From positions 210,001 through 242,000 of the forward strand of contig NZ_LN831024.1 of assembly GCF_001457615.1 (NCBI RefSeq): a stretch of DNA of 32,000 bases, given 5' to 3'. This document shows positions 7,772 to 17,132 of this stretch, in pieces. The notes under the pieces are model-generated. The model was not told the origin of the DNA. It did no database searches and worked only from the letters and a program-made list of their open reading frames with translations. The position numbers were made by a program, and so were the translations under genes. This stretch comes from Pseudomonas aeruginosa (lineage in GTDB: Bacteria; Pseudomonadota; Gammaproteobacteria; Pseudomonadales; Pseudomonadaceae). Numbering within the stretch: position 1 is the stretch's first letter; the number at the start of each line of letters is the position of its first letter.

Positions 7772-8676
7772 TGTTGCGCCTGGTCCAGTTCCACCAGCGT
7801 CTCGATCATCGCCTTGGCCGCTGCCGAAAGCCGGTAGCCGCTGCGGCTGATGATGCCGCAGCGGGCGCTGAGGCTATCCAGGTTCTGCGGCAGGTTGCGC
7901 CACTGTAGCGGTTGCAGTTCGCCGCGCTGCAGGTAGGGGCGCAGGGTCTCGTCGCTGGCGATGCCGATGGCGTCGGTCTGGCGGACGATACGGATCAGCG
8001 CGTGCATGTTCTCGCAGCGGATGTTGGCGGCGAAGTCGATCTTGCCGCTGAGGTTCGCCAGCAGCTTGCGGATGCCCGGGGGAATCAGGGTCGAGGCCAG
8101 CGGGTAGTTGAACAGGTCGTTGGTGGACAGGCTGTCCTTGCCCAGCAGCGGATGTTGCGGACGGCAGAAGAACTGGCCGCGGCGCGGGGTCAGCGGGCGC
8201 GTCTGGAAGTTCGGGTCGGCCTCGAAGTCGCGGATGTCGGCGACGAAGAATTCGATCTCTTCGCGGAGCAGGGCGCGGCTGAGCTTTTCCCAGTTGTCCA
8301 CGTCCAGGCTGATCTGCACCCGCGGGTGGCGGTTGATGAAGTCGGCCACCGCGTCCGGCACCAGTTGCTGGGCCGGCGCCGGCCCGCTGCCGAAGCGCAG
8401 CTCGCCGGCATCCAGCTTGTTCAACTGGGCGATCTCGTGGATCAGGTTGGCCGACCCCTGCACCAGGCTCAGCGCGTGTTGCAGCACCACCTGGCCTTCC
8501 GGCGTCGGGCGCAGGTCCTTGCTGCCACGGTCCACCAACTGACAGCCAAGCTCCTGCTCCAGGCCCTGGATGCTGCGGCTGAAGGCCGGCTGGGTGATGC
8601 CCATGGCGTCCGCCGCGCGGACGAAACTGCGGTGTTCGGCGAGGGCGATGAAGTAACGCAGTTGGCGCAGATCCAT
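7759..8676 (-). CDS. LysR-family transcriptional regulator, divergent from the TonB-receptor/dioxygenase operon (SftR-like position)
   Basis: 305-aa ORF with an N-terminal wHTH (MDLRQLRYFIALAEHRSFVRAADAMGITQPAFSRSIQGLE) and a LysR substrate-binding domain. The divergent arrangement is typical of an LTTR and its target operon. Confidence 0.9.
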   Translation of the reverse strand: MDLRQLRYFIALAEHRSFVRAADAMGITQPAFSRSIQGLEQELGCQLVDRGSKDLRPTPEGQVVLQHALSLVQGSANLIHEIAQLNKLDAGELRFGSGPAPAQQLVPDAVADFINRHPRVQISLDVDNWEKLSRALLREEIEFFVADIRDFEADPNFQTRPLTPRRGQFFCRPQHPLLGKDSLSTNDLFNYPLASTLIPPGIRKLLANLSGKIDFAANIRCENMHALIRIVRQTDAIGIASDETLRPYLQRGELQPLQWRNLPQNLDSLSARCGIISRSGYRLSAAAKAMIETLVELDQAQHAAA

Positions 8677-9025
8677 GATGCTTTACCGGCATTGGAAATA
8701 TTGGACAAAGGCATTTGCCGTTCGGGATGTGCTGGTTTTAAATGCAAGCTCTTATTCCGTCAACAAAGAACAAATTAGAAAAATATGCGATTTAGTAATA
8801 AGCATAGATAGACCCCAGGAGCTGAACATGGTCCACCGTGCCTTTGCCGCCCCACCTCCGCCGTTCCGAATGCCCTTCCGCGTCGCCGGCGGCTGTCGCC
8901 CCTGACAGTCGCCCGGGGCTGAGCCGTCCGCCGGCCCCCTTCGAACCTTTCGCCAGATCGCTGCCTTGCGCGGCATGGCCGCCTGCTGCCTGCGTCCGGC
9001 TGCGCCGGAACCGAGGACATTCACG

Positions 9026-11398
9026 ATGAAGCACCACTACCGCCTGCCGCTCCGCCGAACGCCGCCCGGCGGCTCCGACTACGCCCTGGCCCTGCTGCTC
9101 GCCCTCGGCGGTGCTTTGCCGGCCAGTGCCGCCGATGCTCCCGCGCCCGCCGAGGAAGCGCCGCCGCTGGCCAGCAGCGTTCCGGACAAGGCCGATACGG
9201 CCCTGGGCAAGGTCACTGTCACCGCGCGTCGCCGCGAGGAGGATTCGCAGAAGGTACCGACGCCGATCACCGTGCTCGGCGGCGAGACTCTCGAGGCCCA
9301 GCGCATCTCCCGGGTGCAGGACCTGCAGCAGGTGCTGCCCAGCGTCAATGTCGCCTACATCCATGCGCGGCAGTCGAGCGTCGCCGTGCGCGGCATCGGC
9401 AACAACCCCGCCAGCGACGGCCTGGAAGGCAGCGCCGGGATCTACCTCGACAACGTCTACCTGGGACGTCCGGGAATGGCCGTGTTCGACCTGCTGGACA
9501 TCGAGCAACTGGAGCTGCTGCGCGGTCCGCAGGGCACCCTGTTCGGCAAGAACACCACCGCCGGGGTGCTGAACATCAGCACCCGCGCGCCGACCTTCAC
9601 TGCCGAGCGTACCGTCGAGGTCTCCGGCGGGCAGGATGGCTACTTCCAGGGCCGCGGCACGGTTTCCGGGCCGCTCGGCGAAACCCTCGCCGGACGCCTC
9701 TCGGCCTATCGCACCCGCGACGACGGCTACATCAAGAACATCCACGACGACAACTATCTCAACGGCGGCGAGCGCCAGGGCGCGCGCGGGCAATTGCTGT
9801 TCGAGCCGAACGAGGACTTCAGCCTGCGCTGGATCGCCGACTACAACGAGGAGGATTCGAGCAACGGCAGCATGGTGGTCTACGGCGGCGCCGAGCGTTT
9901 CTGGCAGCGCGCCGCGCTGGTCGGCGCTTCGCCGTTGCGCGATCCGCAGCGCAGGAAGGTCAACATCAACGGCCGCCAGCACGTCAGCGTGCACCAGGGC
10001 GGCAGCTCGCTGGAGGCCAACTGGAACCTCGCCGGCGGCTACCGCCTGACCTCCATCAGCGCCTACCGCTACTGGCACTTCACCCCGGCCAACGACGAGC
10101 AACTGAACGTCTCGGCGATCAACGACACCGGGGTGGAAGTGCACGACCGGCAGTTCTCCCAGGAGATCCGCCTGGCCTCGCCCACCGGCGGTGCCTTCGA
10201 CTACGTGGTGGGCGCCTACGCGTTCAGGCAGAACCTCGGCAACAAGACCTTCACCTCCTACGGACCGTTGGCCGACCTGTACCTGCTCGGCGCCAATCTC
10301 GGCGCGCTGAACGACACCTACTCGAAGGCCAACGGCAAGATCGAGACCGACAGCTTCGCGCTGTTCGCCCAGGGCACCTGGCACCTCAGCGAACGCCTGG
10401 ACTTCACCGCCGGCCTGCGCGGTACCTACGAGGAGAAGAACGCCAAGGTCGAGCGCTTCGCTCCGCTGGGCGGCGCGGCGGTCGGCGGGGTCGGCGCGGC
10501 GGTGCGCAACGGCCAGCTCGGCGCCTACGATTCCGGCGATCTCAGCCAGTACAACTTCGCCCCTTCGGCGTTGCTCAGCCTCAGCTACCAGTTCAGCGAC
10601 GACCTGCTCGGCTACGCCAGCCTGTCCCACGGCGAGAAGTCCGGCGGGGTCAACCTGGCGGTGGGCAGCGCACCGAGCGCCGGCGCCGATTCGCTGCTGG
10701 TCGGACCGGAGCGCGCCAACGACGCCGAGCTGGGCCTGAAGAGCACGCTCTTCGACCGGCGCCTGCTGCTCAACGCCAACCTGTTCTGGACCGGCATCCA
10801 CGGCTACCAGGCCACCACCCTGTACCAGGCGCCGGGCTCGACCCAGTTGGTGCAGGTGCTGGCCAACGCCGGCAGCGTGCGCTCGCGTGGTCTGGAGTTC
10901 GAGGCCACCGCGCTGCCGTTGCGCGGCCTGACCCTGAACTTCAACGGCTCCTATAACGACGTCACCTACCTGTCGTTCAAGGATGCCCCGTGCCCTGCGG
11001 AAGTCAGCACCCGGCCCGGCGCGCCGAGCAGTTGCGACCTCACCGGGCAGCGCGTGGTCGGCGCCTCGAAATGGATCGCCAATCTCAATGGCGAATACCA
11101 GTGGCGCCTCGACGACCGCTTCCAACCCTACGTCAGCGCCAGCTACGCCTACCGCTCCGCCGCCGAGGGCACGCTGGACAACTCCGACCTTTCGAAGATC
11201 GACGGCTACGCCCTGGTGAACCTCGCCGCCGGTCTGCGCAGCGATCTCGGCGACGGCCAACTGGACACCTCGGTATGGCTGAAGAACGCCTTCGACAAGG
11301 ACTACTACCTGAGCGCCTTCGCCAGCATCAACGGCTCCTACACCGCATCGGTGGGGCAGCCGCGCACGCTCGGCGTATCGCTGCGCTACGACTTCTGA
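9026..11398 (+). CDS. TonB-dependent outer-membrane receptor
   Basis: Taken from track ORF 8966..11398 with the start trimmed to ATG 9026 (SD GAGGA at 9013..9017). It has a signal peptide (...ALPASA|AD), a TonB box (LGKVTVTA), plug-domain motifs ([25 protein letters not shown]) and a C-terminal ...SLRYDF. Confidence 0.92.
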   Translation: MKHHYRLPLRRTPPGGSDYALALLLALGGALPASAADAPAPAEEAPPLASSVPDKADTALGKVTVTARRREEDSQKVPTPITVLGGETLEAQRISRVQDLQQVLPSVNVAYIHARQSSVAVRGIGNNPASDGLEGSAGIYLDNVYLGRPGMAVFDLLDIEQLELLRGPQGTLFGKNTTAGVLNISTRAPTFTAERTVEVSGGQDGYFQGRGTVSGPLGETLAGRLSAYRTRDDGYIKNIHDDNYLNGGERQGARGQLLFEPNEDFSLRWIADYNEEDSSNGSMVVYGGAERFWQRAALVGASPLRDPQRRKVNINGRQHVSVHQGGSSLEANWNLAGGYRLTSISAYRYWHFTPANDEQLNVSAINDTGVEVHDRQFSQEIRLASPTGGAFDYVVGAYAFRQNLGNKTFTSYGPLADLYLLGANLGALNDTYSKANGKIETDSFALFAQGTWHLSERLDFTAGLRGTYEEKNAKVERFAPLGGAAVGGVGAAVRNGQLGAYDSGDLSQYNFAPSALLSLSYQFSDDLLGYASLSHGEKSGGVNLAVGSAPSAGADSLLVGPERANDAELGLKSTLFDRRLLLNANLFWTGIHGYQATTLYQAPGSTQLVQVLANAGSVRSRGLEFEATALPLRGLTLNFNGSYNDVTYLSFKDAPCPAEVSTRPGAPSSCDLTGQRVVGASKWIANLNGEYQWRLDDRFQPYVSASYAYRSAAEGTLDNSDLSKIDGYALVNLAAGLRSDLGDGQLDTSVWLKNAFDKDYYLSAFASINGSYTASVGQPRTLGVSLRYDF

Positions 11399-11438
11399 GC
11401 CTTCACCCACGCAGTACCCCACGCATGAGGAACATGAC

Positions 11439-12341
11439 ATGAGCAATGCAGCACAAGCCCTCGCCACGCCGGTACGGCTCGACATCCGGCCGGTCGCCGG
11501 ACGGATCGGCGCGGAGATTCGCGGCGTGACCCTGTCCGGCGAACTGGACGCCGCCACCGTCGAGGCGATCCAGGCCGCCCTGGTACGCCACAAGGTGATC
11601 TTCTTCCGGGACCAGAGCCATCTCGACGACCAGACCCAGGAGGCCTTCGCCCACTTGCTCGGCGAACCGGTCGCCCACCCCACCGTGCCGTCCCGCGAAG
11701 GCACCCGCTTCCTCCTCGAGCTGGATGGCGCCGAAGGCCGCCGGGCCAATTCCTGGCATACCGACGTGACCTTCGTCGAGGCCTACCCGAAGGCCTCGAT
11801 CCTGCGCAGCGTGGTGGCCCCGGAGTCCGGCGGCGACACCGTCTGGGCCAACACGGCGAGCGCCTACGCCGACCTGCCGGCGGAGCTGCGCGAACTGGCC
11901 GACCGGCTCTGGGCGGTGCACAGCAACGAGTACGACTACGCCGGGGTCAAGCCCAGCGCCTCGGTGGAGCAGTTGGAGAACTACCGCAAGGTGTTCACCT
12001 CGACCGTCTACGAGACCGAGCACCCGGTGGTCCGCGTGCATCCGCAAAGCGGCGAGCGGACGCTGCTCCTCGGCCACTTCGTGAAACGCCTGAAGGGTCT
12101 TTCGCAGCATGACTCGGCGCACCTCTTCGCGGTGCTGCAGGGGCACGTCACGCGCCTGGAGAACACCGTGCGCTGGCGCTGGCAGGCCGGCGACGTGGCG
12201 ATCTGGGACAATCGCGCGACCCAGCACTACGCGATCGACGACTACGGCGACCAGCCGCGCGTGGTGCGCCGGGTGACCCTCGGCGGCGACGTGCCGGTAG
12301 GCATCGACGGGCAACGCAGCCGGACGATCCGGAAGGCATGA
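11439..12341 (+). CDS. TauD/AtsK-like Fe(II)/2-oxoglutarate-dependent dioxygenase (taurine / sulfate-ester dioxygenase family)
   Basis: 300-aa ORF with SD GAGGAA and a 40-nt gap after the receptor gene. Motifs present are WHTDVTF (HxD ligands), GGDTVWAN, and [12 protein letters not shown] (distal His). Confidence 0.9.
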   Translation: MSNAAQALATPVRLDIRPVAGRIGAEIRGVTLSGELDAATVEAIQAALVRHKVIFFRDQSHLDDQTQEAFAHLLGEPVAHPTVPSREGTRFLLELDGAEGRRANSWHTDVTFVEAYPKASILRSVVAPESGGDTVWANTASAYADLPAELRELADRLWAVHSNEYDYAGVKPSASVEQLENYRKVFTSTVYETEHPVVRVHPQSGERTLLLGHFVKRLKGLSQHDSAHLFAVLQGHVTRLENTVRWRWQAGDVAIWDNRATQHYAIDDYGDQPRVVRRVTLGGDVPVGIDGQRSRTIRKA

Positions 12342-12408
12342 CGGACCCGGCCCTCTCCTCGCCGGGGAGGGCGACCACAGGAAGAACGAACCCGCGAGGA
12401 CCCCTTAC

Positions 12409-13307
12409 ATGAGCCAATCCGCCACCGCCCGGCAACCCGAACCCGAGGTCGCCGAGGCATTCCGCATCACCCCCCTGGAGGCGCCGCTGGGCGCCGAAGT
12501 CCGTGGCCTCGACGCGCGCCGGCCGCTGGCGCCGGAGCAGGTCCTGGCGCTCAAGCAGGCGCTGCGCGAGCACCACATCCTGGTGTTCCGCCAGCAGCAC
12601 CTCGACGATGAGCAGTACTTGCGCTTCGCCACCCTGTTCGGCTCGGTGTTCCAGCCGCCGGCGGACATCCCGGTGCTGTCCTCGGGTGGCGACGGCAAGG
12701 TGCCGGACATCGTCAAGGTGGCCAACACCGGCGACGGCGAACTGGGCAACTTCGCCCTGCCGGCACACATCGACCACCAATGGACGCCGGTGCCGTCCTC
12801 CGGCTCGTTCCTCTACGCACTGGAGGTGCCGTCCAGTGGCGGCGAGACGCGCTTCACCAACCTGGCGCGCGCCTACGAGAGCCTCGACGAGGCGACCCGG
12901 CGCGAGATCGATGGCCTGCGCCTGATCAACTACAACCCCTTCATCCGCCTGCGCGAGGGCGGCTACGGCGGCGGTTTCGCCACCTACCGCACGCCGGACA
13001 TCGAACCGATCCAGGGCAGCGAGCACCCGCTGGTACGCACCCACCCGGAAAGCGGCCGGCGCGTACTGTTCCTCAGCGCCCACACCGAGGTGGAGATTCC
13101 CGGCTACGACCCGCGCGGGGCCAGGCGCTGATCGGTCGCCTGCGCGAACATCTGGCGCGCCCGGAACTGAGCTACAGCCACGCCTGGTCGGTGGGCGACA
13201 TCGTCTGGTGGGACAACCAGGCCGTGCTGCATGCGCGCAACGCCTTCCCGGCCAGCGAGCGGCGGCGCCTGAAGCGCATCAGCCTGGCGGGCAGCCGTCC
13301 GTTCTGA
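12409..13307 (+). pseudogene. Second TauD/TfdA-family dioxygenase paralog, interrupted by a frameshift near 13108..13125 (or an assembly error)
   Basis: The N-terminal 240 aa (12409..13131) carry the AHIDH HxD motif and SSGGETRFTN. The C-terminal motif SVGDIVWWDNQAVLHARNAF...RISLAG continues in the frame of ORF 12780..13307. The two frames join naturally as ...GYDP(A)RGQALIGRL. Confidence 0.75.
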
Positions 13308-13405
13308 GCCGGCATCCCCCAGCGTGCGCCGGCTCCTCCGTTGCCGACCGGCGTAGGTCGCTGCGCGCCGCTCTGGCGAGCCCCTTCCGTTCCGGCGAAT
13401 AGCTA

Positions 13406-13436
13406 GCAGAACTGCGACATGCTGTCGCAGTTCTGC
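13406..13436 (+). terminator. Perfect 13-bp inverted repeat about 100 nt downstream of the dioxygenase operon. Candidate terminator or protein-binding dyad.
   Basis: GCAGAACTGCGAC-atgct-GTCGCAGTTCTGC, followed by CATTTCTCC, which is only a weak T-tract. Confidence 0.45.
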
Positions 13437-13953
13437 CATTTCTCCGCGTCTATCCTGCCCATAGGGCAATTCGCCTTTGGTCTAACGAGCTGGCCTGCAG
13501 CGCCCATGGAAAGGCGATCCTGACTTTGTAGTCAAAGTTTTGCTTTGCTACTTTGGCCAGGCATCAGGGATTGCTGATACAGCGTATTAAAAACATTAAT
13601 TACCCCGCCATTCCGCGGCGCTGGCAGGATATTTTCCCGTCGAAACCGTAGCGGCTTGACCTGATAGCCGGTCATTCACGGCAGGGATGTCATATTCTCG
13701 CGCGGGCTTCCCCGGATAGGCTGCACGCCAGTCAGGACGCGCCCGGCGGTGATGGGCGGGAATTGTTGGTCGGTTTATGACTTGTAGTTTCTCTGTCGTA
13801 TGCCTTCAGAACTTGTTGAAGGCTTTTCGGCTCGATTGCACAATGCCGCGCCAAGGTTCGTTCGCGAATCGCGGTATGTGAGCTAGACCTCCGCAGCCGG
13901 TGCGCCATCCGCAGTGCCCCGGACTACTCGACAATCACGCAGGAGATTCGTGA

Positions 13954-15072
13954 GTGCAGATCGGTGTCCCCCTCGAGACCCATGCCGGTGAGACGCGGGT
14001 TTCCGCCACCCCGGAAACCGTCAAGAAGCTGATCGGCCAAGGCCACCAGGTGATCGTCCAGAGCGGCGCCGGCGTCAACGCCAGCCAGCCGGACAGTGCC
14101 TATGAAGCCGCTGGCGCGACGATCGGCAGCGCCGCCGAGGCCTTCGGCGCCGACCTGGTGCTGAAGGTGGTCGCGCCCAGCGCCGCCGAGCTGGCCCAGA
14201 TGAAAAGCGGTGCCGTGCTGGTCGGCATGCTCAACCCCTTCGACAACGAGAACATCGCCCGCATGGCCGAGCGCGGCATCACCGCCTTCGCCCTCGAGGC
14301 CGCGCCGCGTACCTCGCGGGCGCAGAGCCTGGACGTGCTCTCCTCGCAGGCCAACATCGCCGGCTACAAGGCGGTGATGCTCGCCGCCAACCACTACCCG
14401 CGCTTCATGCCGATGCTGATGACCGCCGCCGGCACCGTGAAGGCCGCCCGCGTGCTGATCCTCGGCGCCGGCGTCGCCGGCCTGCAGGCGATCGCCACGG
14501 CCAAGCGCCTGGGCGCGGTGATCGAGGCTTCCGACGTGCGTCCGGCGGTGAAGGAGCAGATCGAGTCGCTCGGCGCCAAGTTCGTCGACGTGCCCTACGA
14601 GACCGACGAAGAGCGCGAGTGCGCCGAAGGCGTCGGCGGCTACGCGCGGCCGATGCCGGCCTCGTGGATGGAGCGCCAGGCCAAGGCCGTGCACGAGCGC
14701 GCCAAGCAGTCGGACATCGTCATCACCACCGCGCTGATCCCCGGCCGCAAGGCGCCGACGCTGCTGCACGAGGCGACCGTGGCGGAGATGAAGCCGGGCT
14801 CGGTGGTCATCGACCTGGCCGCCGCCCAGGGCGGCAACTGCCCGCTGACCGAGGCCGACCAGGTCGTGGTCCGGCACGGCGTGACCATCGTCGGCCACAG
14901 CAACCTGGCCGCGCTGGTACCGGCGGACGCCTCGGCGCTATACGCGCGCAACATCCTCGATTTCCTCAAGCTCACCCTGAACGCCGAAGGCTTCAGCGTG
15001 AACCTCGAGGACGACATCGTCGCCGCCTGCCTGATGTGCCGCGACGGCCAGGCGGTGCGCAAGAACGGCTGA
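13954..15072 (+). CDS. pntAA: NAD(P) transhydrogenase subunit alpha part 1 (dI, NAD(H)-binding)
   Basis: 372-aa ORF with a GTG start and SD AGGAG 8 nt upstream. It has an alanine-dehydrogenase/PNT fold with the Rossmann motif ILGAGVAGLQA. Confidence 0.93.
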   Translation: MQIGVPLETHAGETRVSATPETVKKLIGQGHQVIVQSGAGVNASQPDSAYEAAGATIGSAAEAFGADLVLKVVAPSAAELAQMKSGAVLVGMLNPFDNENIARMAERGITAFALEAAPRTSRAQSLDVLSSQANIAGYKAVMLAANHYPRFMPMLMTAAGTVKAARVLILGAGVAGLQAIATAKRLGAVIEASDVRPAVKEQIESLGAKFVDVPYETDEERECAEGVGGYARPMPASWMERQAKAVHERAKQSDIVITTALIPGRKAPTLLHEATVAEMKPGSVVIDLAAAQGGNCPLTEADQVVVRHGVTIVGHSNLAALVPADASALYARNILDFLKLTLNAEGFSVNLEDDIVAACLMCRDGQAVRKNG

Positions 15073-15138
15073 GCCGCTGCGTCGGGAAGCTTCGATAACG
15101 ATAAATGCGCACGCCTCGCGCCTGCGCCCTGAAGACCG

Positions 15139-15456
15139 GTGAAAACGATGGATATCATTTCTGACGGGATCTACAACCTGATCATCTTCGTGCTGGCCGT
15201 GTACGTCGGCTACCACGTGGTATGGAACGTCACCCCTGCCTTGCACACCCCGCTGATGGCGGTGACCAACGCGATTTCCGCGATCGTCATCGTCGGCGCC
15301 ATGCTCGCCGCCGCCCTGACCGTGACCCCGCTGGGCAAGGCCATGGGCACCCTCGCCGTGGCCCTGGCCGCGGTCAATGTGTTCGGTGGCTTCCTGGTCA
15401 CCCGGCGCATGCTGGAAATGTTCAAGAAGAAAGCGCCGAAGGCGGGGGGCCACTGA
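15139..15456 (+). CDS. pntAB: NAD(P) transhydrogenase subunit alpha part 2 (membrane dII-alpha)
   Basis: 105-aa hydrophobic ORF ([44 protein letters not shown]). The start is either GTG 15139 or ATG 15148, and neither has a strong SD. The stop overlaps the pntB ATG (TGATG). Confidence 0.88.
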   Translation: MKTMDIISDGIYNLIIFVLAVYVGYHVVWNVTPALHTPLMAVTNAISAIVIVGAMLAAALTVTPLGKAMGTLAVALAAVNVFGGFLVTRRMLEMFKKKAPKAGGH

Positions 15457-16892
15457 TGAGCATGAACCTGGTCACCCTCCTGTACCTCATCGCCTCGGTC
15501 TGCTTCATCCAGGCCCTGAAAGGCCTGTCGCACCCGACCACCTCGCGCCGCGGCAACCTCTTCGGCATGGTCGGCATGGCCATCGCCGTGGCCACCACCG
15601 TCGGCCTGGTGTTCAAGCTGGGCGCGGAGATCGCCACCACCGGCGTCGGCTACATCGTCGTCGGCCTGCTGGTTGGCGGTACCGCCGGCTCGATCATGGC
15701 CAAGCGCGTCGAGATGACCAAGATGCCCGAGCTGGTCGCCTTCATGCACAGCATGATCGGCCTGGCCGCGGTGTTCATCGCCATCGCCGCGGTGGTCGAG
15801 CCGCAGTCGCTGGGGATCGTCGCGCACCTGGGCGACACCATTCCCACCGGCAACCGCCTGGAGCTGTTCCTCGGCGCGGCCATCGGCGCCATCACCTTCT
15901 CCGGTTCGGTGATCGCCTTCGGCAAGCTCTCCGGCAAGTACAAGTTCCGCCTGTTCCAGGGCACCCCGGTGCAGTTCTCCGGGCAGCACCTGCTGAACCT
16001 GGTGCTCGGCCTGGCGACCCTCGGCCTGGGCCTGGTGTTCATGTTCACCGGCAACCTCACCGCCTTCGCCGTGATGCTGGCGCTGGCCTTCGTCCTCGGC
16101 GTGCTGATCATCATCCCCATCGGCGGCGCCGACATGCCGGTGGTGGTGTCGATGCTCAACTCCTATTCCGGCTGGGCCGCGGCGGGGATCGGCTTCTCGC
16201 TGAACAACTCGATGCTGATCATCGCCGGCTCGCTGGTCGGCTCCTCGGGTGCGATCCTCTCCTACATCATGTGCAAGGCGATGAACCGCTCGTTCTTCAA
16301 CGTCATCCTCGGCGGCTTCGGCGCCGAAGCCGACGCCGGCGGCCCGGCGGGCTCCAAGGAGCAGCGTCCGGTGAAGTCCGGTTCGGCCGACGATGCCTCG
16401 TTCCTGCTGACCAACGCCGACAGCGTGATCATCGTCCCCGGCTACGGCCTGGCGGTGGCCCGCGCCCAGCACGCGCTGATGGAACTGGCGGAGAAGCTGA
16501 CCCATCGCGGGGTCACCGTGAAGTTCGCCATCCACCCGGTCGCCGGGCGCATGCCGGGGCACATGAACGTGCTGCTGGCCGAGGCCGAGGTGCCCTACGA
16601 GCAGGTGTTCGAGATGGAGGACATCAACTCCGAGTTCGGCCAGACCGACGTGGTCCTGGTGCTCGGTGCCAACGACGTGGTCAACCCGGCGGCGAAGAAC
16701 GATCCGAAGTCGCCCATCGCCGGCATGCCGATCCTCGAGGCCTACAAGGCCAAGACCGTGATCGTCAACAAGCGCTCCATGGCCAGCGGCTACGCCGGCC
16801 TGGACAACGAGCTGTTCTACCTGGACAAGACCATGATGGTGTTCGGCGACGCCAAGAAAGTCATCGAAGACATGGTCAAGGCGGTGGAGTGA
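15456..16892 (+). CDS. pntB: NAD(P) transhydrogenase subunit beta (dII-beta + dIII NADP(H)-binding)
   Basis: Taken from track ORF 15222..16892 with the start trimmed to ATG 15456 ([27 protein letters not shown]...), because the 5' extension overlaps pntAB. The C-terminal dIII motifs are VIIVPGYGLAVA and KFAIHPVAGRMPGHMNVLLAEA. Confidence 0.93.
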   Translation: MSMNLVTLLYLIASVCFIQALKGLSHPTTSRRGNLFGMVGMAIAVATTVGLVFKLGAEIATTGVGYIVVGLLVGGTAGSIMAKRVEMTKMPELVAFMHSMIGLAAVFIAIAAVVEPQSLGIVAHLGDTIPTGNRLELFLGAAIGAITFSGSVIAFGKLSGKYKFRLFQGTPVQFSGQHLLNLVLGLATLGLGLVFMFTGNLTAFAVMLALAFVLGVLIIIPIGGADMPVVVSMLNSYSGWAAAGIGFSLNNSMLIIAGSLVGSSGAILSYIMCKAMNRSFFNVILGGFGAEADAGGPAGSKEQRPVKSGSADDASFLLTNADSVIIVPGYGLAVARAQHALMELAEKLTHRGVTVKFAIHPVAGRMPGHMNVLLAEAEVPYEQVFEMEDINSEFGQTDVVLVLGANDVVNPAAKNDPKSPIAGMPILEAYKAKTVIVNKRSMASGYAGLDNELFYLDKTMMVFGDAKKVIEDMVKAVE

Positions 16893-16911
16893 TTCCCCGC
16901 TGAGTCCACCA

Positions 16912-16945
16912 GAACCCCGGCCCAGGCCGGGGTTTTTCGTTTTCG
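16912..16945 (+). terminator. Rho-independent terminator of the pnt operon
   Basis: AACCCCGGC-ccag-GCCGGGGTT followed by TTTCGTTTTCG, 20 nt after the pntB stop. Confidence 0.8.
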
Positions 16946-17013
16946 CGGGTTGTCCGCGCAGCGTTCTCCGCCGCTTCCAACGGCGAAAACACCAGCCTTT
17001 CAGGAATATTTTT

Positions 17014-17039
17014 CATGCCCGCAAGGCATGGGTTTTTCG
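17014..17039 (+). terminator. Second terminator-like hairpin with the same GGGTTTTTCGT tail
   Basis: CATGCC-cgcaa-GGCATG followed by GGTTTTTCGT. It is short (6-bp stem) and lies about 90 nt after the first terminator. Confidence 0.45.
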
Positions 17040-17113
17040 TCGGATCGCTGTAGCCCGCCAACCACGCGGCCTGTGGCGACAGGGGCGAAACCCATAGCTC
17101 CAGAAGTTATTTC

Positions 17114-17132
17114 CATAACAAAAATAATTACT
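17114..17132. promoter_or_regulatory. Candidate Fur box upstream of tonB2
   Basis: By my hand alignment, CATAACAAAAATAATTACT matches 12 of 19 positions of the GATAATGATAATCATTATC consensus. It lies in an AT-rich patch about 100 nt upstream of the tonB2 ATG. Confidence 0.35.

Noticed and set aside
8906-9025. Riboswitch (for example cobalamin) in the GC-rich leader of the TonB-dependent receptor
   Set aside because: I could not find the B12-box (GCCACTG-like core) or any other riboswitch signature I recognise. Only generic GC hairpins are present. An Infernal/Rfam scan would be needed to exclude one properly.
8792-11749. 985-aa ORF on the minus strand, the longest ORF in the window
   Set aside because: It is exactly antisense to the TonB-dependent receptor and the first TauD-like gene, both of which have clear family motifs. 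Its translation is Ala/Gly/Arg/Val-rich low-complexity sequence with no recognisable domain. This is a classic high-GC shadow ORF.
13095-13135. Programmed ribosomal frameshift as the explanation for the split TauD paralog
   Set aside because: There is no slippery heptamer (X XXY YYZ) or downstream pseudoknot-like element at the junction. The site is a plain GC run where a 1-nt indel or sequencing error is the simpler explanation.
13621-13640. Sigma-54-like promoter CTGGCAGGATATTTTCC upstream of pntAA, and GGCACGCCTGGCCAGC at about 30322 upstream of the dehydrogenase
   Set aside because: The -24 GG is present, but the invariant -12 GC is missing or mis-spaced in both (TTTC instead of TTGC; wrong spacing).
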